61,875 nt of DNA from a virus (Duplodnaviria; Caudoviricetes). Position numbers and translations under genes: made by a program. This document shows, in pieces, positions 53,958 through 61,875 of the stretch. Each line of letters begins with the position of its first letter. Position 1 is the stretch's first letter. The stretch spans positions 1 to 61,875 of the IMG/VR virus record IMGVR_UViG_3300021197_000785; one strand, 5' to 3'. Below the pieces are notes generated by a model that saw only the letters and a program-made list of their open reading frames with translations, searched no databases and had not been told where the DNA came from.

Positions 53958-56540
53958 TTATCTTTCCGTGTAAGGCAGTCTATCAAAAACTCCTACCTGT
54001 GGGAACTTGAGATAAATGTCACCTTCATCCTTGTCTGCGTATGTATCAATGAATGCCATGAAACGGGTACCATCACCATCAAATGTTGTTGTTGTAGCAG
54101 TGACATCAAATGTTGTTTCTTTTGTTACAACATAACTCCCGCCTGTTGGACTATAGTACTTGCTAAGGTTATTATCTAAAATAAGTCTATCTATTTCAAA
54201 ACTAATAGTTTTAATATCATAACCATCACTGATAACACGTTGATTTAACCTGTATGTAATCTTTGCACTTGTGCCTGGTTTACAATAAACTACAGGAACA
54301 GCAAGCGTCCAACCTAGTACGCTATTGTCTTCTTGTTTGTCCTGCATCCAGTCTGGTAACACTTCACGTTCCAATACTTGATATCCTATTTGACTTGTAA
54401 GTCTACTACGCATATTTTCTATACTGTTAGGATAGACATTGTAATCATTTGCTTGTGATGCTAGATAATGACCATGACTTACGTCTGGATTAGTATCTGA
54501 AACAGGTATTGGATTAGTCCAGGTATCTTCATTACTGCGTACATCTATTTTCATTGCAGGCTTGCTTGATAATAAACTAGTTGGATCAATGCCCATTTTG
54601 TTATCAATAAGTTCTATATACACAACTTCATACTTAACTGTACCATCTGTGTTCAATGCTCTCGCTGTTTTAAACTCACCAAAACGTAGTGTGTTATTGT
54701 AGAAGTTTTGCGCCATTGCTTCTACATAATCAGTTTCAACTTTTGGATTTAGTCCTGCACTAATTAGTGTGCGTATATCCCGCTGGATACCAAATGCATA
54801 ATCACTTGCACGATAGACGTCTTCCTGTGGAATGTCATCATTGTTCTGTATAAGTGCGTTATATATATTTCTTTGTGCAACACTGCTTAAACTACGAGCA
54901 TATAAGTTTTCGTATGGTTTCTTAGTGTCTGGATTAATTGTAATTGTAAACTTTTTGTATGTATCAACAACGCCGTCACTACTAAACACTCTTGCTACAA
55001 ATGTATACACACTTTCAAATGTAGTTTCGTTGGTGTAAAGATCCTCTTTATCAAACGTAACACCTCCTGTATCAAACATCATGTTTTCAAAACTAACTCT
55101 GCCTACAATTAAACCATCTTCATTTAAACGTAACCCTTGTGGCAGTTTGTTTGTTCCCAAACTTGCAGTGCCTGTGCCAGATCCTATATCTGTTGCCGTA
55201 AAAATAGTTCCAACTGTATTATTTGCACTACCTATGCTAATAAAATCAGTTGTACCTGCAGATACAATTGTGTAAGTCTGCCCAACTACAAAGTTCCCTG
55301 CTACAATTGCTTGCAATCCGCTTTTTAGTTCATACTGTACTGGTCTGCCGTCACTAATTGTTGCAATTACATCCAATTGGCTCTGTTCGCCTGTACGAAT
55401 ACTAAGTTGATCACTGGGCCATGTAACAGTGCTATCTACATCACCTTCAACTATAATACTAAATGAGGTACCTGCGCTAATAAATTCTGGGCTATTTTTC
55501 TTGCGAACTTGTATTGTAAAAGTAAACGTTGTTTCTGTTGCACTAAAACTAGGGAGTGTGCCTGAAAGCCAACCACTTGTTGGATCAAGACTAAGTCCTG
55601 TTGGAAGTGTGCCACTGCCTAATATATACTCAACTGGATCTCCGTCAAAGTCTTTACTTGTAAACTGAAAATTATAATTGTTGTTGTGTTTTATTCTACC
55701 TAACCCACTGCTAGGAGTAAGCAATGCTGGTACACGCAAACTAGTTTGACTTGCATCTAGTAATTCATATAGACCGGGTGTAAGAGTTGCACTACCTTCT
55801 AGTGCGAGAAGTTGCTCTGGTGTTAGTGTAGATTTGTCTAAGTCTGCAGTTGCAGCATCACTGTCAGCAGTAACACTATTTCTACTAACGCCAAATAGGC
55901 TATAAGTTTTTACATCAATTTGTTTGCTGTCTGTGACTTGCACAACCCATTCATAGGTCTTGTCTAAACTTCTAGTACGGAAGTCCCAGGGCACCATATC
56001 AAAATTTACTACATCAAATCCAGGGTTACCATCATTATCCAGAAAAGGTTCTATGTATCCACTAATACGTCCTGTTGAACTTACTGTAACACCATCAGGA
56101 ATATCACCGCTCTGATAACTCCAAGTGTGTGTGTCGCCTGGATCTGGATCTGTTAGTGTTAGTTGTGCTTCAACATAATCTCCATCGAAGTATGTGCCTA
56201 AATCAGGCAGTGGAGTGCTATCAATACTGGGCGCATCCTGACCTGTCACAGTCATTTCAAATACACGATCTGCTACTGAGCCATCTGCGCTAACTGCCCT
56301 AACAATAAATTTACTAGTAACATCCTGTGCAATTTCTTTGGGCACACCCTGAATGTAATCATAGTTTTTTGGATTGCCTTCAAGTATGCCATTTTCTGTG
56401 ACACGAATTCCAACAGGAAGCACACCACTTAAATATTGAAATCTAGTGCTATTAGTTGCATCTAATTGTACTTGATAAAATTCACCTTCAACTACAGTGC
56501 CCAAATCACCAGGTGGTGTAACCCATACTGGAGCCGCCAT
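53958..56540 (-). CDS. Large virion structural protein with Ig-like (He_PIG-type) repeats, probable baseplate wedge
   Basis: Repeated G.LP.G..L...G.L.G motifs (LSGVLPVGI, SGDIPDGV, SGTLPTGLSL, KLPQGLRL); ATAAATA at 56564-56570. Confidence 0.7.
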   Translation of the reverse strand: MAAPVWVTPPGDLGTVVEGEFYQVQLDATNSTRFQYLSGVLPVGIRVTENGILEGNPKNYDYIQGVPKEIAQDVTSKFIVRAVSADGSVADRVFEMTVTGQDAPSIDSTPLPDLGTYFDGDYVEAQLTLTDPDPGDTHTWSYQSGDIPDGVTVSSTGRISGYIEPFLDNDGNPGFDVVNFDMVPWDFRTRSLDKTYEWVVQVTDSKQIDVKTYSLFGVSRNSVTADSDAATADLDKSTLTPEQLLALEGSATLTPGLYELLDASQTSLRVPALLTPSSGLGRIKHNNNYNFQFTSKDFDGDPVEYILGSGTLPTGLSLDPTSGWLSGTLPSFSATETTFTFTIQVRKKNSPEFISAGTSFSIIVEGDVDSTVTWPSDQLSIRTGEQSQLDVIATISDGRPVQYELKSGLQAIVAGNFVVGQTYTIVSAGTTDFISIGSANNTVGTIFTATDIGSGTGTASLGTNKLPQGLRLNEDGLIVGRVSFENMMFDTGGVTFDKEDLYTNETTFESVYTFVARVFSSDGVVDTYKKFTITINPDTKKPYENLYARSLSSVAQRNIYNALIQNNDDIPQEDVYRASDYAFGIQRDIRTLISAGLNPKVETDYVEAMAQNFYNNTLRFGEFKTARALNTDGTVKYEVVYIELIDNKMGIDPTSLLSSKPAMKIDVRSNEDTWTNPIPVSDTNPDVSHGHYLASQANDYNVYPNSIENMRSRLTSQIGYQVLEREVLPDWMQDKQEDNSVLGWTLAVPVVYCKPGTSAKITYRLNQRVISDGYDIKTISFEIDRLILDNNLSKYYSPTGGSYVVTKETTFDVTATTTTFDGDGTRFMAFIDTYADKDEGDIYLKFPQVGVFDRLPYTER

Positions 56541-56571
56541 ACTATATACTCCTCATTATCTAGTATTTATC

Positions 56572-57420
56572 CTAGGGTGCTGACGATTTATATGTGTGAT
56601 CAGATGGTAAATTGCCTTCTAAACCCCATTTGTGAGCAAGGTAACCTTCTGCTTTTATGACAGTTGAGATGTCTGTGCTGCCTGTGCCAGGAATACTTGC
56701 TACTGAGAAAAATTCTGCCATTCTACCTGACATACGTTCGTTTGCTCTGTTACGCATTATGCGTAGATCCAAATTGGTGTCTAGTGAGTTGTCATAGTCA
56801 TTCACAGGTGTAAACGCATCATCTCCGTCCACTCTAAGTGCGATTTGGTTGCCTGTTTTGTTGAATATAACAACCATGATTACCCAAGTGTTTTGTGCTA
56901 CACCTGAATCGAAATCCTGTTTGTTTCCTATAGTTGACGAGATTCTACCTGTAATCAGTCCATCCAAATCTAACTCACCATCAAAGTTACTGGCACCAGC
57001 ACTGATAGCATAGTCTCTTTTGTTTGTTATTGACCCGCTGTTATTTTCAGTACTCCAGAAACTATCCTGTGAGTCGTTGCGAGTGTTCCATTGCATAACT
57101 CCTATTGCCCAGTGATTGCCACTGCTGGCTTGTGCAACCTCATCAGTGGTAAAATCTTCGCTACTACCTGAGAATGCAAAAACCTTATAACTATTCAATG
57201 TGTTGCTGACATTAGGAGTGCCATTTACTGTAACAGTGGCATTGCCTGCTTTGTCTGTTACTGCTGTTACATTTGATCCACTAAGTGAATAACTGCTAGT
57301 ATCTGAAGCATCAAACCAAATTGCAGTAGTTATGTCTGAAGCAGGATTCCAAGACCCGCTGTATGCAGTTGATCTACGTCCTGCAAAAAAACTTCCGTTT
57401 ACTGATGCAAGTATTGGCAT
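56572..57420 (-). CDS. Lectin/LamG-like tail-associated protein
   Basis: WFDASD...VTDKAGN, GRMAEF, EGYLAHKWGL motifs. Confidence 0.6.
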   Translation of the reverse strand: MPILASVNGSFFAGRRSTAYSGSWNPASDITTAIWFDASDTSSYSLSGSNVTAVTDKAGNATVTVNGTPNVSNTLNSYKVFAFSGSSEDFTTDEVAQASSGNHWAIGVMQWNTRNDSQDSFWSTENNSGSITNKRDYAISAGASNFDGELDLDGLITGRISSTIGNKQDFDSGVAQNTWVIMVVIFNKTGNQIALRVDGDDAFTPVNDYDNSLDTNLDLRIMRNRANERMSGRMAEFFSVASIPGTGSTDISTVIKAEGYLAHKWGLEGNLPSDHTYKSSAP

Positions 57421-59669
57421 TATGTAAAGTCTACCATCTGTCCAAGCACAACAAAAGTACCACCATCATTTAGTATTGTAAATGAAAAAGCATCAATGCC
57501 GTTTGCATTTCCTGTAGGAGCACTGCCGCCTTGCCAGTTTAGTGTCTGTGACGCTCCACCTATCTGTACTGCAGTGACTTCATAAGGTGTACCACCTTGA
57601 TTGATAATTACTGTCAAGTTGGTGGCATATTCTGCAGTCAGTCCTAGGTTTGTAAAGTTTGCTGTGATATCACCTGTACAACCTGTTTTGTAGAATACAT
57701 GTCCGTTGGCACAATCCAGTGCAGTGACGCCAGAAGCACCTGTCACAGTGGCGAACTTTTCTTCTACACCTGTGTTAAATTTAACATCTGCATTGAATGT
57801 AGTTTCGGAAGATGCAGTGATAGTTCCTGAAACTGTTAAATTACTACGGATCTCAACTGCACCAGTGCCGTTAGGGACAAGGACAATATTGGCATTACTT
57901 TGTGTGCCTTGTATATTATTATCTACAATTTTTAAACCAGTTGTGCTGATACTTTCAATGCCTGTGATGTCATCTGCTAGACTGAAAGATAATGCACTAC
58001 CTGCGGCATTTACATTTATTTCATTTGTTGTACCCAGTGCCTGTAGTGTATCACCTACACCAATACTTCCTGAACCAGTATTACCAGCAGTTGCTATAGC
58101 ACCTTGAACAGCACTAGTCAGTGCAAGAGTACCAGCAGTTGACGGAAGTGTTATAGTTACGTCAGCGGTGCTTGCAGGACCAATAAGTGTAACACCATTT
58201 GTTCCATTATCACTATCTTCAAAAAACTTAACAAAACCAGCACTTGTTGCACCATTTTTAAGTAATATTCCATTATTTGCAGTTGGTGTTGTAAGTGTGG
58301 GAGTGGTTAGTGTTTTATTTGTAAGAATATCTGTAGTTTCACGCCCTACTAGTTGATCCGTTGCTGCTGGCAATGTGATTGTAACATCACCAGTGCTTGC
58401 AGGACCTATAAGCGTTGCTTTGTTAGTACCGTTATCACTGTCTTCAAAAAATTCAACAAAGCCTGCACTAGTTGCACCGTTCTTTACACTGAGTCCAGCA
58501 TTAAACACGTCTTTACCCGTGCTTGTGTTAGCACCGCTAGTTGTTATTCCACTGCGGATTTCAACTATGCCAGTGCCGCTAGGATCTATTACTATATTTT
58601 CATTTGTTCTTGCACTAGTAATATCGAACCCGTTTAGATCAAGGTTACCTCCCAGTTGTGGTGATGTATCCTCGACTACATTATTAATACTGTTACCGTC
58701 AACATAAGACTTGTTTGCAGCGTCTGTTGCTGCAGCCGGTGTTGCTACACTGGTAATTTTATTACTGCCCATGTCAATGGTTTGCGTACCATTAACTTGG
58801 AATGTGCCTGTAACACGGAACTGTCCGTCCACGTCTACAATTCCTGTTCCCTGTGGTTTAAGGACAAGGTTTTGGTTACTTATTTCTGTTGTAATAGTAC
58901 TACTTTCAATAAGCACATTACCTATTTGTGCTTGATCACCATGCAGTACGTCAGCAAATACATTCAAATATTTTTTAGTGCTACTACCAATATTATATGT
59001 GCCGTCGGTGTTAGGAACAAGATGACCGTCAAGTTCTGCATTTACACTAATATTATCTGTATCTGCATCACCAATAGTAATATTACCGCCTATGGTTACA
59101 TTACCAGTTACGTCTAAATTGCCGCCTACTGTTGCGTTACCAGTTGTATCTATTGTTGCGCTGTAAATATCTTTCCAACGCAGACTACTGCTTCCTATAT
59201 CTCTTGCATTGTTTGTGCTAGGCACAAGATCACTAGCAAAACGTGCAGTAGTAGTTATTGTATCACTAGTTGCATTACCAAGAGTAGTATTTCCTGTTAC
59301 CACAAAGTCAGTAGTTGTAAAAGCACTGGGAGTAAATGTTGCTGCAGTAAGTGTACCTGTGATATCTGCGTCGCCATTTACTTGTAAACCTGTGCCAGTG
59401 ATATTACCTGATGATTCTAAATTACCTGCGACTGTTGTAGGTGCCTCTAGTTGTAGTTCGCCTGTGCCATTTGGATTAAGAATTAGATGTCCATTGGTAT
59501 CGTCAGTTGTAATTGTGTTACCACTAAAGCGAACATTGCTAAGAGCAGTTCCACCTAATTCATTGTAAACTTCAGTGAAGTTGTCGTTAACTTTTACAAA
59601 TGCAGCACGGAGATTATCTCCGGTGCCGTCATCTTGGTTAGTGCCTACATTAATAATCTGTTTAGACAT
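57420..59669 (-). CDS. Tail fibre protein
   Basis: N-terminal anchor INVG...DGTGDNLRAAFVKVNDNFTEVY; G/T/N-rich repeats; DAANKSYVD motif; C-terminal WQGGSAPT...D.FSF domain. Confidence 0.8.
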   Translation of the reverse strand: MSKQIINVGTNQDDGTGDNLRAAFVKVNDNFTEVYNELGGTALSNVRFSGNTITTDDTNGHLILNPNGTGELQLEAPTTVAGNLESSGNITGTGLQVNGDADITGTLTAATFTPSAFTTTDFVVTGNTTLGNATSDTITTTARFASDLVPSTNNARDIGSSSLRWKDIYSATIDTTGNATVGGNLDVTGNVTIGGNITIGDADTDNISVNAELDGHLVPNTDGTYNIGSSTKKYLNVFADVLHGDQAQIGNVLIESSTITTEISNQNLVLKPQGTGIVDVDGQFRVTGTFQVNGTQTIDMGSNKITSVATPAAATDAANKSYVDGNSINNVVEDTSPQLGGNLDLNGFDITSARTNENIVIDPSGTGIVEIRSGITTSGANTSTGKDVFNAGLSVKNGATSAGFVEFFEDSDNGTNKATLIGPASTGDVTITLPAATDQLVGRETTDILTNKTLTTPTLTTPTANNGILLKNGATSAGFVKFFEDSDNGTNGVTLIGPASTADVTITLPSTAGTLALTSAVQGAIATAGNTGSGSIGVGDTLQALGTTNEINVNAAGSALSFSLADDITGIESISTTGLKIVDNNIQGTQSNANIVLVPNGTGAVEIRSNLTVSGTITASSETTFNADVKFNTGVEEKFATVTGASGVTALDCANGHVFYKTGCTGDITANFTNLGLTAEYATNLTVIINQGGTPYEVTAVQIGGASQTLNWQGGSAPTGNANGIDAFSFTILNDGGTFVVLGQMVDFT
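58143..58484 (-). repeat. Internal 117-nt (39-aa) duplication in tail fibre
   Basis: KNGATSAGFV[E/K]FFEDSDNGTN[KA/GV]TLIGPAST[G/A]DVTITLP at 58368-58484 and 58143-58259; 35/39 aa identical. Confidence 0.9.
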
Positions 59670-59679
59670 TAACTACTCC

Positions 59680-60726
59680 TTAACTAACTGTTGCACTGAA
59701 TGGGCTTGCTTCTGTACCACTTGCTTGTAACATGCCACTAACAACATATTGGTTTGCAATAAGATCAGTAATTTCTACATAATCACCTATTGACACCCCG
59801 CCAGTTGTTGTACCATTAATTGTTATTGTATCATCTGTGCCATCTGCTTTCCAGCCAATTACACCTGCTGCACCACCTTCTGTGCTGTCATCTTGTACAA
59901 GCACTTGACCTTTAATTGTATGAGCTGCATCAGGGACTTTGATAACATAGTTACTTGTGTTAACAACACCAACAACAAACCGATATACGTCACCAGTTCC
60001 AGTTGCAGCAGGAAGTGTAAATGTACACAGTGCGTTGCCACCAACCTCTGCCATGCTTAGTGTTTTACCAGCATGTGCTGCAGCAGTAATTGCACCTGTT
60101 GCTGTGAGTACAACAACGCCAGTGCTAAATGTAGTTGGTTGTAAACGACCAGTAGTTGTTACTGTTGTTGTTCCTGTTGGAATCTCTAGAACATCTGCAT
60201 CAGCATCATTCTTAATTGTAACGTCATTGGTCGAACCTTGTCCAGTAAGGATAAGACCTTCTGCTGCAGTGTAACCAATTGCTGCATCGTCGCCTGCTGC
60301 AGTATCGCCAGTAGCAAGTAAAGTTGAACCAGTAACGTCACCTGTTGCTGTAATTGTAGTTGTTGCTGCAACAGATCCTGTCACTGCTAGTGCTGAACTA
60401 CCATCATATGTTAAGTTACCACTAAGTGTTAGGTCGCCATCTGCATCTACAAATGCAATAGCATTGTCAGTGTGATCTGTAAAACGTATTTCACTACCAG
60501 TTGCCATTACCAAACGACCCGTACCATTTGGATCTATAATTACATCTCCGTTGGTATTATCACTTGCAATTGTGTTGCCTGTAATGGTAATGTTGTTTGT
60601 GCTTGTAACCGTACTATAAAGGTACAGTTCATCAAAGTTATCATTAACTTTATCAAAGGCTGTGCGTAATGGATCACCTGTTCCATCATTGGCGCTACTG
60701 CCTAAATTAATTGTTTGTTTTGCCAT
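59680..60726 (-). CDS. Tail fibre/baseplate protein
   Basis: Same anchor domain INLG...DGTGDPLRTAFDKVNDNFDELY; TLPAATGTG; ATAAATA at 60753-60759. Confidence 0.8.
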   Translation of the reverse strand: MAKQTINLGSSANDGTGDPLRTAFDKVNDNFDELYLYSTVTSTNNITITGNTIASDNTNGDVIIDPNGTGRLVMATGSEIRFTDHTDNAIAFVDADGDLTLSGNLTYDGSSALAVTGSVAATTTITATGDVTGSTLLATGDTAAGDDAAIGYTAAEGLILTGQGSTNDVTIKNDADADVLEIPTGTTTVTTTGRLQPTTFSTGVVVLTATGAITAAAHAGKTLSMAEVGGNALCTFTLPAATGTGDVYRFVVGVVNTSNYVIKVPDAAHTIKGQVLVQDDSTEGGAAGVIGWKADGTDDTITINGTTTGGVSIGDYVEITDLIANQYVVSGMLQASGTEASPFSATVS

Positions 60727-60794
60727 TTGTGTGGACTCCTAATTCTATTATGTATTTATTTAATAGTTTACCTAGCCGCATGCTAAATATTTCT

Positions 60795-61058
60795 ATGGTA
60801 ATTGGTCATCATTATGAATATGCAGAATATTCAAGAAACAGAAACGGCAAAAAACATAAACTTGTAAGACGACACAAGGTATATGAGTTGCGCTGTGATG
60901 AATGTGAAAACGTTTTTATGAAAACTAGTACTGAGTTACGCAAGCCGCACGGTAGTCATTGTTGTAGTAATTGTAATCACTATAAATTTGCACAAAAACA
61001 AAGTGCAATACTAAGACAATATAATAAGTGGGATGCTAGTAGTAGCAGAAGAATTTAG
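60795..61058 (+). CDS. Small Zn-finger protein
   Basis: CDEC...CCSNC; ATG at 60795 5 nt after TAAATA. Confidence 0.6.
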   Translation: MVIGHHYEYAEYSRNRNGKKHKLVRRHKVYELRCDECENVFMKTSTELRKPHGSHCCSNCNHYKFAQKQSAILRQYNKWDASSSRRI

Positions 61059-61291
61059 GTGCTAGTAGAACCAAGCGGACGGCACTGCCATTCAACCGTG
61101 TCTGGTGTACCATCCTGAGGTATTTGTATATACTGTGGAAGCATAATCTCACACTGTTCTTGTGGATTGCCCATTGGACCATGTTCAAAGCGTTGCACTT
61201 CTTGCATTCTGCAATCGCTACCCCAGCATACAGTTAGATATATGGCCCAAAGAATTTCCATTACACTGCAAAACTTTCTCCACATCCGCAA
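61055..61291 (-). CDS. Small Cys-containing hypothetical protein
   Basis: N-terminal hydrophobic stretch, four Cys; likely start MEILWAI. Confidence 0.5.
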   Translation of the reverse strand: MRMWRKFCSVMEILWAIYLTVCWGSDCRMQEVQRFEHGPMGNPQEQCEIMLPQYIQIPQDGTPDTVEWQCRPLGSTST

Positions 61292-61566
61292 CTGGCTGTT
61301 GCGTTTGGATTAATTACTGTTAAGTAACTACCACCTAGTTCATTTTTGTAATCAATAGTACATCCTGCTACAAACATTTCTGCCATTGGGTCTAGCACAA
61401 GCGCATCCTCGTAGGGCTCGCTCCAGTCTACATCGGGCCAGTTATTTTTAAAGTCCCACACATAAGTGAAGCCGGAACAGCCACCACCCTTTACGCCCAG
61501 TGTAACGTAGTCGTCATTGCGTACTTTGTCTAAATATTCTTTTGCTTCTTGAGTAATTGTTAACAT
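61261..61566 (-). CDS. iscA: A-type Fe-S cluster carrier (IscA/SufA/HesB)
   Basis: GVKGGGCSGF, IDY, NPNATASCGCGESF. Confidence 0.92.
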   Translation of the reverse strand: MLTITQEAKEYLDKVRNDDYVTLGVKGGGCSGFTYVWDFKNNWPDVDWSEPYEDALVLDPMAEMFVAGCTIDYKNELGGSYLTVINPNATASCGCGESFAV

Positions 61567-61574
61567 ATTACACC

Positions 61575-61582
61575 TATTTATA
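61575..61582 (-). promoter_or_regulatory. T4-type late promoter TATAAATA
   Basis: 8 nt upstream of the iscA ATG. Confidence 0.55.
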
Positions 61583-61636
61583 GTTACTAGGGCAGGTTTA
61601 CTAATAGTCTTGCCCTATTATTTAATTGCCTGCGGA

Positions 61637-61875
61637 TTATTTTCTTGTATATTGTAGTGTAAACTTACTATACTGTTTATTGATATGAGTACGCAATTCA
61701 AAACTGCTATCCAATACAAAGCCATTGCCACGCATCACTAGATCTAAAAAGTGTTTACCCCGGATAAATTGGTTACTATCTTTATAATATGTCCAGGGTC
61801 CTGACAGTGTCACCTCGCTACTTTCTTGTTCTGTAAAATTCTTATCATTAATAAATGTTCCAACAATAACTATAG
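61637..61875 (-). CDS. Partial CDS (3' end; runs in from right edge), hypothetical
   Basis: Open frame ...IVIVGTFINDKNFTEQESSEVTLSGPWTYYKD...FTLQYTRK-stop. Confidence 0.5.
   Translation of the reverse strand, partial: IVIVGTFINDKNFTEQESSEVTLSGPWTYYKDSNQFIRGKHFLDLVMRGNGFVLDSSFELRTHINKQYSKFTLQYTRK

Noticed and set aside
58143-58484. Tail-fibre duplication as a diversity-generating retroelement TR/VR pair
   Set aside because: Both copies are in frame within one gene, differences are mostly synonymous and not adenine-specific, and no reverse transcriptase is in the window.
61588-61617. Inverted repeat TAGGGCA...TGCCCTA upstream of iscA as an ncRNA
   Set aside because: Only a 7-9 bp stem with a long AT-rich loop; at most a weak terminator for the upstream gene.

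Overview
The window is a 61.9-kb piece of a large, AT-rich (roughly 38% GC by eye), T4-superfamily-like lytic phage genome, read almost entirely on the minus strand in the standard genetic code. Spanins point to a Gram-negative host. The auxiliary genes (serine-glyoxylate aminotransferase, TctA/TctC, IscA, PhoH) suggest an aquatic proteobacterium, probably an alphaproteobacterium (inference). From left to right it contains: (1) a putative DNA-hypermodification block with a TGT/DpdA-like transglycosylase, a QueD-like protein, a GT-B glycosyltransferase, GalE, a UDP-sugar dehydrogenase, 2OG-Fe(II) oxygenases and a sulfotransferase, next to the sliding clamp and PolB; (2) an 11-kb late block of probable head-packaged proteins whose N-termini resemble the T4 capsid-targeting sequence, including a 1096-aa mosaic whose unrelated enzyme-like modules (ART/Tpt1-like, ParB-like, Cys-His-Asp peptidase-like, zeta-like kinase) are separated by Glu sites resembling prohead-protease sites; (3) ClpA and DnaJ; (4) a lysis cassette with an EF-hand holin candidate; (5) a TctA/TctC transporter pair with a structured leader, phoH and three tRNAs; (6) clamp loader, Sga, GroES, a truncated DnaE, MazG; (7) baseplate and tail-fibre genes and IscA. 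The best candidates for an undescribed system are the protease-processed, virion-delivered polyprotein array and the possible sugar-decorated 7-deazaguanine DNA modification pathway. All calls come from motif recognition by eye; no database search was run.
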